Below, piece after piece: positions 1 through 13,561 of a DNA stretch of 64,000 bases. Under the pieces are notes generated by a model. It did not search any database and was not told where the DNA came from. It saw only the letters and a program-made list of their open reading frames with translations. Where the stretch lies: contig OZ234494.1 of the NCBI GenBank assembly GCA_965153455.1, positions 9,486,001 to 9,550,000 on the forward strand, given 5' to 3'. Each line of letters begins with the position of its first letter. Positions within the stretch are counted from its first letter, which is position 1. This DNA comes from Sphagnum compactum (Eukaryota). The position numbers were made by a program, and so were the translations under genes.

Positions 1-783
1 GACCAAAAAATCAATGCCCTTATATCATTGCTCAACATGAGTACATTTCAGATTTTTTTAATTTTATGTTCAAAAACATAATATGTTTCAATTTGTGATA
101 ACTAATCTAACAAAGGCATTGATGTAGAAAATATTGTGTGAATTTTTTGTGCATGGCTAAGGTCTTAATATTGTGTCTTTGGGTGTTTGATTTAATTGAC
201 TAGAAGAAAAACTATTGTTTACAATCAATTTTTGCAACTACAATGAGTACCCAACTACAATGTCCGCATCATATCTAGGCAATTGCAGAGAAATCTCCAA
301 TGCAACAACACTTTGAAGATACTTGAAGATACCACAACAATTGCACCCACTCCTGTTGGGGTGCTTGTTGACAACCAGGAAAGAGAAACATAAACTCCTC
401 AATACAGTCACTCTTCCACAAATATCTATATTCTCTCTCAGTAGGGACTCTACCAGTGATCTCAGAAATGGGTTCCACAAAGACTGAAACTACTTTCAAA
501 TACTCATATTCAAGCAATTCGGTTCTTGCCTCAGTAACAATAGCCCAACACTACTCACCAATAGCAGTCAGATAGAAAACCACTGCATAAAATCACTTCA
601 TAAACCATTGGATCTCTCCTACTGTGTTTCTTAATGCACAGCCCAAAAGACTGTGTTTTGACATAATTTGCCACTAGTTCTCTTGGAACGCTCATCCATG
701 TTCCACAAGAGTTGTTCATGTCCATATTATGAGAATGCTGGATTTTAACATTGATCTTCACTTGTTACAGATTCTCACCTGAA

Positions 784-3618
784 TCACCGAATGCTGTGGC
801 CCTCCAGACCCTCATCTGAAATGGACCTGTGATTGTCACGAAATTGGGAACCTTGGTTGCCATTGAACTGTTTCCTGCTTCTGAAGAATGTACCAAGACC
901 TGTCGGGTTTTGAGGCTGTTCATCTGAAACTTTTGGGAAGGAAGCAGATGACTGGTCTTTGTGACCCAACGAGGGAAGAGTTACAGGTTGCACCACAGGC
1001 TGTGCCCAAAAGTCCACCTTTGACAAGCTCTGGTCCGAAAATTGGTTGCTGTTCCTGGTTACTGATTTGCTTAACTTTTGTGGTGCTCCATTAGCTGGGT
1101 GATTACTGTAGGTAGCAACATGTCCCAAAGCTTCACCTTCAGCCTTAATTTGTTTACCACTGAGCTCTTTTGCCACCCTTTCCTCAAACTTCTGTTGCCC
1201 CTTCAACATCTTTCCAATTCCTGCTGATATCAATGCAAGCTGCTTAGCTTGCTGTTCCTGCAAGGCCAACACCAACAACAGCATCAACCTCAGCACTTTC
1301 TACCTTTCAAAAAGTCAAACTCTAGTACAAAACCTGCAGTAGCAAAGCATGCATATCCAAGAGACTGAGAGTGGCATGTATCTTATGGTAGACAAGTAAT
1401 TAGAGGCATATGTTGCACAAACATAGCAGCCTTTACCTTCCAACATTCACATGCAAAATAATAAATTCGGCACCTTGATCATTGAGTGAAGTGACCCATA
1501 GACATCACTCTCTACTTGATCTATTGACTCTCAACAGTGCTTGTCAACAAATCTCAAGGAATGTGCTCAAACTGGGCACACAAGAGTAAAATATGTTCAT
1601 TACTTGCATTTCTGTGACAATTTCAAGGTCAAGGGAAACCAAACCATGACATTACCTAGCATTCATGAAGAGACTATAACAGACCTAAATCTGCAAAGAG
1701 AAATAGTATCTCAGGTAAGAACAGGACCAAAACACTGCACCTTTGTGATAGAATGTCCAATTTCTGTGCAACAAGTAGAGAGGGTAAGTTGGAACGAAAA
1801 AAAAGAGAGAGATTATAAGGAAAAAAGTATTGACCTGCATTGCCAACAGAACTTGTAAAAATTCCTAAAGCTCAATCTCCAAGACATCCTGGTGTTGAGC
1901 CAGTGCACTTACAACCTCAGATGTCTTTTGTGTCACAACAGCCATCTGTGAATCCAAAACAAACCCTTTCCATATGTATGATTTCATGCAGTGAATATGT
2001 TGAGGAGGAGAATATTATAACACTTCTTTTGAACATAATCGTTATGTCAGATTAAGCGAAACCAAAGCAAGCATGACAAGAATGAGTGCAATCATAAAAC
2101 TACAAATGTCACTCAAAAAGCATTCAGACTGTTACCTTCATTATGGACAGCAGTGACTAGTTGCCATCACTCCTCACTGACTTCTATCAGCGCCCAACAG
2201 TGGTCAATGATAAGTATATAATAGCCCGCTCAAAGCTTCAGGCATGTGGTTATACAATGATCTGCATCCTGAGTTTCTGTTGCATTTCTGGATGGTAACA
2301 GAAAGATTCAGTCATTACAAAAGCTACCATCAAGAAACATAGCTAAAGTGTCAATAGTATCCTCATTCGAACATTCATCAAGATGACGAAGACACATAAC
2401 AATGATGACAAGGGGCAGGGGTTCTATGTCACAGAGCATTCTGGTATAACTTGCCTCTTGGATTGGGTCTCTCAATGATTGTCTTGTCACCCAAAACCTC
2501 ACACCGAGCTTCTCCAAGTGTCTGGACAGAACTCGTGACATTGTCACTGTGTTCTGGACATCTTCCTCCAATTGCTGAACCTTCTTTATCATTGAGGTAA
2601 AGTCAGTCAAACCCTGATTGCTATCTGATGCCACCCTGGTACCTCTTTTTGAAGGTACCTGCCATTGTCTGGCTCACAGAATGACATTCAGCAGATAGCA
2701 CCCCATAATGGCAACACTTGCTAAGTTGACATTGAGAGCTTGTTTGCTGACAATGGAGCTTCAACTACTACCTGTTATGCAAGCCAACACAACATCATCC
2801 AGTCAGTCGTCTCCAATCTCCAAAATTCTTCAATCCTGATTCTTCTTGTCATGAGCATAACCCTCCTGTGCCTGCCCACCCCTCAGGCAGCTGAAGGCTT
2901 TGTTGTTGAAGAATGGATCACTGCAGCAGTATGTGAAACAACAGACAGTCCAATGCAAAGTCCTTCAGCTATGAACAGCACTCTTTCTGTTGTTCGTCTT
3001 CCTGCTGTTGTTGTCTTCTTCCTACTTCCTGCTGCATTTCCTGTCGCTGTGATATCGAGAGATACAAACGCACCTCAATACTTGGTTATCCATATCTATG
3101 GAAGCAGCTCATTATCATCTATGAGGGCTCCGATTCTTTACTCACCTGCTGAATTTGCAATTGCGATAAAAACTCTCAATGCCATTGCAAACAGCAACAA
3201 AATGGCAATTTGGCAACCAGCAAATGCTACTGAAACAAACGTCCAACCCTAAACACACACTCTCTCTCACCCAGAACCAACCTGGTGTATTCTTCTTCTT
3301 CTTTTTCATGCAATTCTCACAGACTTCCTGCAGAACGGTCCTTCGTCTCCATGTGCATTTGCCTTGTGCCAGGAAAGAAGAACAATTATACAATGTCGGG
3401 CCAGTTTTGAAGAATGGATCAACAGAAGGACAGGCGCAAGAACAGGTGGTCCACTTCGTCCGCGGACCTCCTAGAGCCGCACTTTTGAGGAGGACTACAT
3501 CCTTGGCAATTGACAACACTTCACAGTTGACAAGACACACACAAGAAGAAGGTGTGCACAGCAGAGCGATGGAGGAGACGGCACCCCATCTACTACTGGT
3601 CGTCGTCAGCTGCATCAT
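784..3618 (-). pseudogene. Pseudogene of a conserved plant coiled-coil/transmembrane protein (Arabidopsis At5g65250-like)
   Basis: Hand translation of the minus strand gives three pieces: ...LNVIL*ARQWQ...VQQLEEDVQNTVTMSRVLSRHLEKLGVRFWVTRQSLRDPIQE (ends 2455, GC donor GCAAGT); exon 1945-1835 MAVVTQKTSEVVSALAQHQDVLEIEL*EFLQVLLAMQ; exon 1257-784 EQQAKQLALISAGIGK... These match the recalled family motif LSRQLEKLGIRFRVTR..L.EPI.ETAALAQKNSEA..ALA.QED.LEKEL.E.Q.VLLAMQEQQQKQL. In-frame stops: TAG 1867-1865, TGA 2676-2674, TGA 2885-2883, plus frame breaks between 3150 and 2690. The 5' boundary is approximate. Confidence 0.75.
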
Positions 3619-3692
3619 TCAGTGGTGCGACTTGAATCGCTGGTGCTGCTGAGAACTGCTGGTCGTCGAGTGGATTTGTGCAAGTATCGCCC

Positions 3693-4960
3693 TCAAATCT
3701 CCGCCTCCTCCCCAAATGACAACAGATTCAGCTTCCTGCTTGCACCCACAAGATTCCACTAAGAGTTAAGATGCACAGAAGAATAGTTCATACATTCATC
3801 ATCCTCAGCTAGAGTAATGATACTATGCTTCTGTGTTCATCTCCCAATCACACTCCAACATGAAATAAAAATTGGGTAATACAAAGAATTATCGCAGCAC
3901 AATACTTACTTCTTAGGTTTGATTGGCTTTTGCTGTTTCAAATCTGAAGCTTCAGTAACTGAAGCTTCTTCTGGTTGCTTCAGGTTATTTCTGGGAACAA
4001 TATCATCAAATGGGTTCCAGAGCACTTGAAATTATGATCCAAACGTTTATCACTATCAATCACTACATTTCATCCCATGTTCCCATGTCCCATCAAGATT
4101 TCCTGACATCTGAGCATCTTTTCCAATTCCAGATTACACAGTACTGCAATGGCCCCCAACCAAACCTTCTTCCAAATTAAGAGTTAAGAGCAATTTTCAA
4201 GTACAAACACAAACATACTCAACTCTCACGCCACAAAGAGCAAAAACCACCCTCACCTCCACAGAAACAACATTGGGTGGATTGAGGGGTCGGTCATTTT
4301 TGTCTGTTTCTAGCTCCCCGAGTTTCATCAAGTTGTAAACTGTATCACCTGTGATCTGGTGATGAGAGAAAGCAAGACATCCAAAATGGTTCTTAGGTAC
4401 TGAGACTCAAGGACCAGAAATGCACCATAAGAAAAATTGCTGTAGAAAGCCATAGTGAAGTGCATGTGAATGCAGAGATTGCACCAGGCTGCAAACTTTC
4501 TTCTTATCTGACGATTCCATACCTTCCCAAAGATCATGTTCTTTTTGTCGAGCCAATCACAGCGATTGAGAGTGAGAAAAAATTGACTGTTGTTTATGTT
4601 CGCAGTGCCAGCATTGGCACAAGCAGCCAGACCCCTGTGATTGAATCGCAGTCGTGAACGTACTCATCAAATGGTCCTCCACATATGGTATCCCCACCTG
4701 CTCCTCACATTCGAACAGACACATCATGCAGTAGTAGTCATCAAAGGACAACATCACAACAAATCTTTGATTGCAGCTTTTGCCACAATGAACAGCAACA
4801 CAATGTGACTGATTACAGCTTACCACCACAAATCAATCTCACTTTACCTGTTCCTGTCCCTGTCGGATCACCTCTTTGCACCATGAATGTCTTGATGATG
4901 CGGTGGGAAGATAGTGTTATCACAGTACCCCTCCATGCATAGCTACACAAAATTGCAAAC
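3693..4960 (-). pseudogene. CYP57: Truncated pseudogene of CWC27/CYP57-type spliceosomal cyclophilin (PPIase)
   Basis: Exons: 4960-4848 VCNFV*LCMEGYCDNTIF/fs/HRIIKTFMVQRGDPTGTGT; 4697-4523 GGDTICGGPFDE/fs/RLRFNHRGLAACANAGTANINNSQFFLTLNRCDWLDKKNMIFGK; 4355-4257 ITGDTVYNLMKLGELETDKNDRPLNPPNVVSVE; 4025-3910 VLWNPFDDIVPR... (acceptor reads CAA, not CAG); 3735-3693 KLNLLSFGEEAEI*. NPFDDIVPR and NLLSFGEEAE are CWC27 hallmarks. Lesions: TAG 4945-4943, two frameshifts, no start exon, no C-terminal half. Confidence 0.9.
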
Positions 4961-4996
4961 CTGATTCCCCAATCATCCAAGATTTTTTGCTCAAAA

Positions 4997-5747
4997 TCTA
5001 ATATATTAAAGCTAACATGGTGTCTGTCTGTCTGTCTGTCCAAAATATTGCGGGCAGGGCAGACATAATAAAAGTTATTAACAACATGCGCACCCCAGAG
5101 AGCCCAGTTTTTGCCCATTTTGTTGTTGGAGGGCGGGAGGGCGGGGCGGGGGGTGTGAGATTTTTATTTTTTTTTTGGGATTGGGATGTTGGCACCATGT
5201 TTCCAGTTTGTTCCCATAAGGTGTCTGTCTGTCCGTCTAGACAAAAAAATGCGGGCAGGGCAGTCTAATATATTAAAAGTTAAACCTACCTACTTAACTG
5301 CCTTAAATTTTTGGTTGGTACAGACAGTTGGTAGGAAAAGAAGGGAGGTAGGTAGGTAGGTAGGCAGGTAGGTAGGTGTGAAAAAGAGGTAGGAAGGAGA
5401 GGTAGCCAGGTAGGTAGAAAAAGTGAGTAAGAAGACAAGATAGGTAAGTAGGAAGGAGAGGCAGCCAGGTAGGTAGAAAAGGTGGGTAGGGAGACAAGGT
5501 AGGTAGCTAAGAAGAAAGGAGAGCCAGCCAGGTAGGTGGAAATTGTGGGTAAGAACACAAGGTAGGTAGATAGGTAGGAAGGAAGGAGAGCCAGATAGGC
5601 AGGTAGAAAAGCAGGGTGAGAAGTCAAGGTAGGTAGGTAGGTAGGTAGGAAGGAAGGTAGGTAGGAGAGGCCAGGGCAGCCGCTGCGGGGGCCGGGCCAG
5701 GTGCCACGGGTGGCTGGAGTGACGTAGCCACGGGTTGCCCTCACTCG
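4997..5747 (+). mobile_element. Non-autonomous Helitron-like element (composite, two 5' ends)
   Basis: Begins A|TCTAATATATTAAAG (4997), with a second TCTAATATATTAAAAG at 5264. Contains a (TAGG)n-rich tract ~5330-5665, a subterminal hairpin GTGGCT...AGCCAC (~5710-5731), and ends CTCG|T (degenerate CTAG) at 5744-5748. Inserted between A and T with no TSD. Confidence 0.6.
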
Positions 5748-8700
5748 TAACTATAGAAGCAAATGGGCTCATCACATTGGGCAAGGAGTACCAAATAGAT
5801 CATATCAGTCTTCTCACTATAAAGAAAACCATAATACAACTCATGACAATGCATAGAAAAACTAGATGTACGCACTGACTACAAATCCTATCAATCCTCA
5901 AAAAGCCATTAAAACCCTAGTTGAGAGACAATGGAAAAAGCACAGCACAGAGGTCAGTCCCAAAAATCAGGATACTATAACATGCAAAAATCCTCTAAAA
6001 ACCTTTCATCATTTTTGACGCATAATTGTCGAAAATGGTCATTCTAATGCATAATTGTTGATTGTGCAATCGTTTGTAATTGTGATGGTTGATAACCATG
6101 GTGTAATTGTCTTAACAACGAAACAAAATCTTATACCTGACCTACATTAAACCAGTTTCGATTATCATCATCACTGGAATAAAAATACTTCTCTAATTGA
6201 CTAAATTGTATCTATAACATTCTCCATTCTTCAATTGATGCACCACTTTGATATTTTTTGCTTTCAAAACTTCTTGAAGCTCAAGCATATGAGTTGATAT
6301 TGAAGGCCTACTGAATATTGAATGCCCTACTCAATGCCTTAAACATCCTTAATCGATGTCCTAACAAGTATGTAAAGAACAAATCATTATTTTTGTCACT
6401 CTCATTTATAACCATTATTTTTTGTGATTTATGTATTACAATTGGGGTCAACCAATGCAAACTACTTATGGTTTGTCCCAAGCCAATCTCAACTAGAAGT
6501 CAAAAAATAAGTTTCAGTTTATTGAGATGTGATGAAAAAAATAGATTTGACATGTAAATGACCATTCGATTTTTAATTGATTCCTTAGTGAGTGTTTCAA
6601 AAAATTATGTGTGGGCGGACCATATGGAAACTGACCCTAAGAGGGACGCCATCAGTGCTCAGTATGTGACCTTGCAAATTAAAATTAGAGGAAGAAAAGT
6701 CAAAACATGCGAGTGTGGCTCAGGAAGTTTTGGCTCAACATTTTTGCACAGTTCGTTAAGGCTGGTAAAAAGCATAGTTAAGCCTAGTAGTTGCAGAACA
6801 AAGCTGAACACCTATATATGTGATTGATGGATGTAGTGTTAAAAATCTTGTACTTATACATTTAGAGAACTTGCACCTCATGTAAAGGGGCAAATAACCT
6901 GGTTCAACTTTGGATTCAATTTCTGCAAGAGATAATTTCATGATCAGGTTCCAATGAAATCTTATTTCAAATTTAAGGAAAGGTTTCAAGACATGGAAAC
7001 ATTTTCTCACTATTTGATCACAATAAATGAGGTCAGAATAAGGAGTGAGTCATGTCTATGTAAGGTTTCTTGGAGAAATTTTAGATACGAAATGGGTGGG
7101 TTGTATTATTGTTGCACTTGTGGGGGCACTTTGTTTATATCTTAAACCTTGAAGGCTTGTGGCTGATTGATGACTTAAAGAATCTAGATCTAACTACATG
7201 TACTAAAACCATTTCATTAATAATTCCTTAGAATTTTCAGTTCCAAAACATTAAAATCAAGATCAATTCATTGTAATTAAAGAGGAGTCACCTGGTAAAT
7301 GGAAGGCAAAGATGGCTATGGTGATGATGGGAAAAAAAGGTTTGAAAAAAAAGAGATAAGAATAATAGTAATAATAACTATAATTATTATTATTATTTAA
7401 AAACCTCATTTTCAGGTTTCTCATTTGGGACAAAAGATTTAAAAACAAAACATTGGACAAGTAACCTTTTTTGACAGGAATATTCTATGGGCTATCAACC
7501 CTCAAATGTTTCATTTTAAATCCTAATTTTTAATAAGCAATTTTGCATGGTAATTATTTATTACACTATTAGGCTATATTTTGGCAAAATTCCTCCTTTT
7601 TCTTATGTTGAACACCACCTTCTTCACCTTCTCCTCTTTTTTTTTCAGAGGGTTCTACACTACTACATCATCAACCAAAGTCAGGTAATATTGCCATCAA
7701 ATTCTTGACCAAGATTCTACCCTGTAAATTGAAGTCGACACCTTTTTCAAATGTTTTTGAAGTTGAGGATTTATTTTATTTTATTTTTACTTTTTTGGGT
7801 TTTTTGGGGGGTTAATTTCAATGTTATCAAATTGAGCTACTCTAAACCATGGTAGTTTTAAAGTATTTCAGAAAAAAAATTAAATATAAATTATCCATTG
7901 CAAAAGGGGAAAAAAATGTTTACCCATTCCATGGAGAGGCTGGTTTATTAAGCACCAATCGATAGAAGGAATAAGAAAGGAGGAAATTTTTGAATTATTT
8001 TCAAATTTAATTGAAAGCAATGTAAAAGATAATAATTGAAGAATAGATAATGATGGATTACAGTTACTGGTGTTTATAATCTCTAAGTCCTATCTATCTC
8101 CAACATTTATTGTAATTTACTTTTAAATTTAATTATTTAAACTATTTAATTCACTTTTTTTTATGGTTGCATATCTTTAATTCAATTTTCTTTTATGATC
8201 AATTTAAAATTTATTTCATTTACTTTGTAATGTTCACAGGTTATTTTTCATGCTACCCAAACGTGTAATGCATAAGCTTGTTAGTCAACCCTAATGCATT
8301 AACCAACATTTCCTCTCTCTCTCCCTCTCACACACACACACACATATATATAATTTTCTTTAATTTTAATTTTAATTTTCTGTCTCAAAACTAAATTCTG
8401 GCCACAATGGAGCAAAATTGAATCCACCAAATTCTTTTTAAATATTCTTAAAAATTTGTGCAATCAATTACCCAAATTGGCAACCCATCTACATTGTTTA
8501 GGGGGTTTTTTGGATGAAATTTTGTTCAATGTATGGATGGAAATACTAGGTCTAACCAAGGTCCACCCAAGTCCACTTGGGTAGACCAGGGTCTTGATCC
8601 ATATGGTGATTGAAATTTTGGTCCTAAGAAATAGAACCCCCCAAACAAAAAAGAACTTAGTCACCACATTCAAATATATTAAGATTGTGTTTGCGGACTT

Positions 8701-11700
8701 TATTTTGGTTGTCAAGGGAATTGGGACATAAATCCACCTAGTCACTACAAGGATGAAAACCCAACCAATCTTATTTGAAAAAATGGTCAAAATGGCCACC
8801 AAATTCAATCGCCATTTTGATCATTTGGATCTTCTTTCTTTTTTTTTTTGAAATTGAATTCAATCATCATAGGAACCAAAAACCATGTCTACTCTGTCAA
8901 GAAAAAAAATTAGATCAACAAGATGATGACCTATTTATGTTGTTTCGCTATTTGTTTTCACACATATCATTTGAGTTTTAAAATGACAATTGCCATTAAA
9001 ATGGAATAATATTGAAAAAATGGTTACATGTTTAAAATTTTCACTTATAAGAAGGATCTAGCCAAAATCATAGTAACTTAATCCCATAGAAACCTAAGTT
9101 GCCACCACATGATGGAGAATATGGAATTGATACACCATTCTACATTTGGGGCCCATGTATGTTATAATTGGCCGTTGATAATCTTAATCGCCAAAAATTG
9201 TCAACATAAAATAACGATATAGTAAACTATAAACAAGTAGGTTTAATGTCATGTGATATTAACTTTTTTAATAAGTTGACATTGAACTTGCTATATACTT
9301 ATGTATGAGCACATTGACATTCAACTTTTCATTCAAATATGGAAGTTATGAATGATTCCAAATTTTTTTTGTGATTGATTCATGAGATTAACTCATCACT
9401 TATTTGATAAACTTGAATGAACTTGAGACACATTTTGTCTTCAAAAACAAGTGAAAGGGAAAATTGCAATTTTCCATCTACAAACATGCTGTGAGAAATA
9501 TTATTATTTTGGTTAAATGGGATGCAAAAATAAACAAGAACGCAATATCATAAGTTGTGTGGGCAATGATTCAAATCTATTGAAGACATTTTTGATAAAT
9601 TGTCAAGAGCTTTTCAATTTTACTTTTTGAAAGAAAGCGAAAGAAAATAATTAAGTTCGTCTATAAAAAAGGTTATTAAATGGATTGTGTTGAATTTTGT
9701 TATGGCGCTTGCTAAAGATTGAGGTATATAGGAAGGTCCCATGATGATGTCAAAAGAATGATATCCTCGACTTAAACAGATGGGCGAAGATTTTTAACAT
9801 GGAAATCATTCCACTCTTGATCCACCTTCTCAAACTAGTAAACAAAGAAAGGACTTGAAAACCTAACTGAGGTACCTCACCATGTAAAACAACTCTAGGT
9901 ACTTTGAAAATCATGACCATAGATCAAGCATGCAAACTTGACCTTAATACTACACTTGACAAATGACAACATAATTGAATAATCAGGTTGGTGCATTCAT
10001 CTTGCTGCAAGATCATATAAAACATGGAATTATTACTCTTATAACTTGTATGTGTGTAAATTGAAAATGTTTATCTTGTATGTGGACTTGGGGTTGTAAT
10101 TTAACTATGAAAGTTACAAGTCCTCGAAAATTCTTTGGTGATTGATTTTACCTTTGCAAAAAAATGAAAACTATTTTGATTGATCCAATGTTGACCCTAG
10201 GATGACTTAAACCAATGTGACATCAAGTTGTTCGTTACCATCAAAACCAACCTAACATGACAAATTGATATATCGATAACCTTAGTTGTGATAATAACAT
10301 TGAGTTGGTGGAACTAAACATAACAATTAATATCATGTTTAATATTTAAATTTTTATTTTGAAAAAATAATATTGAAGCAAATGAAAAATGTCATTGTCC
10401 ACTTTAAAAACCTAATAAAGATGCACAAAACAAAAGAATTGATAAGAAACCAAATAGTGCCATTGTGGGGTAAGGTGTAATGTCTATAGTGATTGAATGC
10501 ATTTTACATATGGTAATTGATTGTCAATAGCCCACCTATTTTTGTTGGGTGAACCACAAAATTGTTGATTCATTAAAAAATGAAACTTTTGCAACAACTA
10601 TAGGCTAGAGATTGGTTCTTATTAACCCAGACTAGAACCGGTGGTTAACCCTAACAGTTAACCTCAATTTTAATAAAAATTTTCTTCCAAAAACAACTTT
10701 TTCAAAATTCTTAGTTTTGGTTTAGCACTGAAATAAAACAAAGAACTTGGGTTTCAAGTTTGGTTCTTTAAGAAAATAAAATTAAGTTTCAGTTCTTGTT
10801 ATGGTGTTATAACTTGGACCAATTCTGATTTGATTCTTACTAATTGAAACATGAACCAACAGTTCTTATCGACAAAATGGGTACCCGGCCAACATTTGTT
10901 CTTTCGCCAATGATACATGAAATAAAAAAAGGTTATTATGTTTGCATTGTGTTGCATAAAACTTTTGTATGTTCGTGTTTTGTTTATCTTGTCATCTTTT
11001 CCATCTCATGTTAAATTTTCATGTTCAAACCAATGTTGGGTAGGTGTCAAAAAATGGCTAAAAACTAGGCAAGGTTTCAAGTTGAATATCTTCAGGTATT
11101 ATCTAAGGTCATACTTATTTGAAACTTGTTCATCAATTTTTTATTACAACAATATATGTTGCATAACATAATCTATCATTCCAACCCAAATGTGTAATCA
11201 TATGTCATCCTAACATGCAACATTCTTGACATTTAAATAGACTCACACTTAATGGCACGTGTAATAGAAATAAGTTTTTTTCACAAATTATATTGTAAAC
11301 AAAACTTAAAATCATTTTATCACAATCGGATTGGTCATAGAATATTGCAATGAAGTTGCTTACAATGAGTTTCCATGAGTTCTCAACTCAAGTTAGATCA
11401 AACTATGTGATAAACTATGACTTGACAAAAGAGAAATAACACAATGACCTTCCTAAACAAGTTACCAAATATTCTTTTTCACATTGGATGAATATTAACA
11501 TGAGTTAACAACAAAAGTTCATGTTAGGCTATGTGGATGTCATATGCATACATGACCTAGCTTAGTATGACATTTCAGTGAACTAAGCACCAACCACTTG
11601 AAACCTTGTCATTTAAAAAATAAAATTGATACCCTATACAAGTACTAAAAAATATTAAAATCATAGTTTTAAATTTTGCCCAATACTTTAATACATTCAA

Positions 11701-12197
11701 TGATCATTTTGAAATCACATTGATATAAATAATAACGAGATATTAAAAACCAAATGAAAACATGATAAGAAAAAAAAGGTTGACCGTCATCGATAGTGCG
11801 CAGCAATGCAAAGCCCAATTTTTTTTAACAAATCAAAGAATGGGGGTGAATGTTGTAAACTCTTCTCAAAACCCAGACCCAAGGAGTATCTAAAAAACTT
11901 GAGAACCACCCAACACTGAGTCAAACTTTGCATCACATTCATCAATGGTTCACTTTTAGTTTAAAAACATTGTGTTCAATAAAATTTGGTTGACATTCTA
12001 TCATGAGAACTTTACGAAGGTTCCAAGTTTTGCTCAATAAACATCGAAGCATTAATTATCTGGCTCCTCTAAAACTTGAAGTTAATTGGCTACTATCATG
12101 TTGTGGTTCAGGGTTACCATGTCCTCAACTGATTTTTCCTTCCAAAACCTGATTTTTTGGAATTTATTTGAATTTTCAGCAGCAAAAATTACTCAAA

Positions 12198-12531
12198 AAT
12201 CAATATCTATCTCCCACATTCTGAATCCAAATCTTACCAAATAAATTTCATTAAATCCTGCTCATCAAGATCTTCTTTCCAACACGAGCCAAGACACATT
12301 CCAATTCCTCCAAAATTCTCAGCTACAATTTAAGTTAATTTTCAGTGAAGAAATCATTCATATTCAAGAACATTTTGCACTGTAAGTCCACACATCATGG
12401 AACCAAGCCTATGCACCCTTCCTCGTCCAGAGCTCTCCAAAGACACCAAGAACAGGATTTGAAGCATCCCCCGGTTCGGTGGATCTCATAACTACGAAAC
12501 AAAACAAACTACCTTCCTTCATAGATAGATT
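12198..12531. repeat. Dispersed repeat family copy (second copy ~37890-38228)
   Basis: Both copies share colinear blocks: AAAAT(T)CAATAT..ATCTC, CATCAAG...TTTCCAACA, ATGCACCCTT / GTGCACCCTT, GGATCTCA / AGATCTCA, and terminal CAAAACAAAC..CCTTCCTT...AGATAGAT. Confidence 0.55.
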
Positions 12532-13561
12532 AAGTTAGGAGGGTTCCCATGTTCCCATCAGAGTGGGGTGGGTAAATCTTTTTACCCTGATGTACCCACA
12601 TATATATCCCAGAGTAAAATGCATACCCTACCCAGCTGGTAAATATCCTAAACCCTAAACTTAGGGGCACTAGTAACTAATTGTCTTGCTTCCTTTTGAA
12701 ATGTGACATATTTGTTTTTACCCTACGCGTATCAAATTATAACCACATGTTAGATAGAGGGCAAAATGATGAAATATTTAACCCTAAGCTTTTCACCTTT
12801 ACCCCCAATTGATAATTTTGCAAAGCCTTTATACCCTTCAAACTCAATAATGAATTTTTTTTTGAAGCCTATATACCGTTACCGGGCAGGTATATTTTTT
12901 GAAATTTTCTATTTATTCTTGCTTGTCCGACATGTTGAAATTAATAGAGCCCACCTAGCATTGGTTCCAACATGGAGTTTTTCCTTGAATTTTTTATAAT
13001 GATGGGGCCATGAATAACTTGTAGAATTGCTATGGATGTTAGGTGGAATATATAGAATATTTATTTACTGCCAAGAAATCTATAAAGATAAATATTAAAA
13101 TTCTGGCATTATGTATATATATCCCATATTGAATTCATCAATAATGGATAATCAGAAATGCTATCCTCTGTCACCCATGTTTGCTACTCATTGTCAAAAT
13201 ATTTTAATTGTCCAAAATAGTAGCCTCATTTCTTAGTTTTTTTTTTAAATTTTAGTTTTGACCAATTTTATTTTTAAAAACACATTGACAAAACCAAATA
13301 ATTTTAATTTTTTTTCATTCAAAATATGAATTCATTTATTAATTTTAAATATATATATAAATCTTAATTTTAATTTGTAAAATATAAAAATTTTAATTTT
13401 AATTTCTTTTTTCCCATCATCTATTACAATATTGTGATCTGAGTAGTGAAATTATTCAGAGTGTAGGGTATTATAATTATGATGATTTTCAACATGTCAA
13501 CTTCATATTTTCACAATAATTTTTTTATTTCACTATTTTGAGGATAATTTAAATGATGAAA

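Noticed and set aside
2740..3652. Plus-strand ORFs of 170 and 157 aa
   Set aside because: Antisense shadows of the minus-strand pseudogene, with no recognisable motifs.
1835..4945. U-to-C RNA editing rescuing the C>T stop codons
   Set aside because: U-to-C editing is known from organelles of hornworts, ferns and some lycophytes. These loci are nuclear and also carry frameshifts and a broken acceptor.
5286..5784. 152/164-aa minus-strand ORFs rich in LPTY
   Set aside because: Artefacts of the stop-free (CCTA)n microsatellite inside the Helitron-like insert.
5990..12150. Probable further decayed DNA-transposon sequence, including CAGTGTTGGG-like inverted ends at ~11031 and ~11917
   Set aside because: Too degenerate to assign family or boundaries without alignment.
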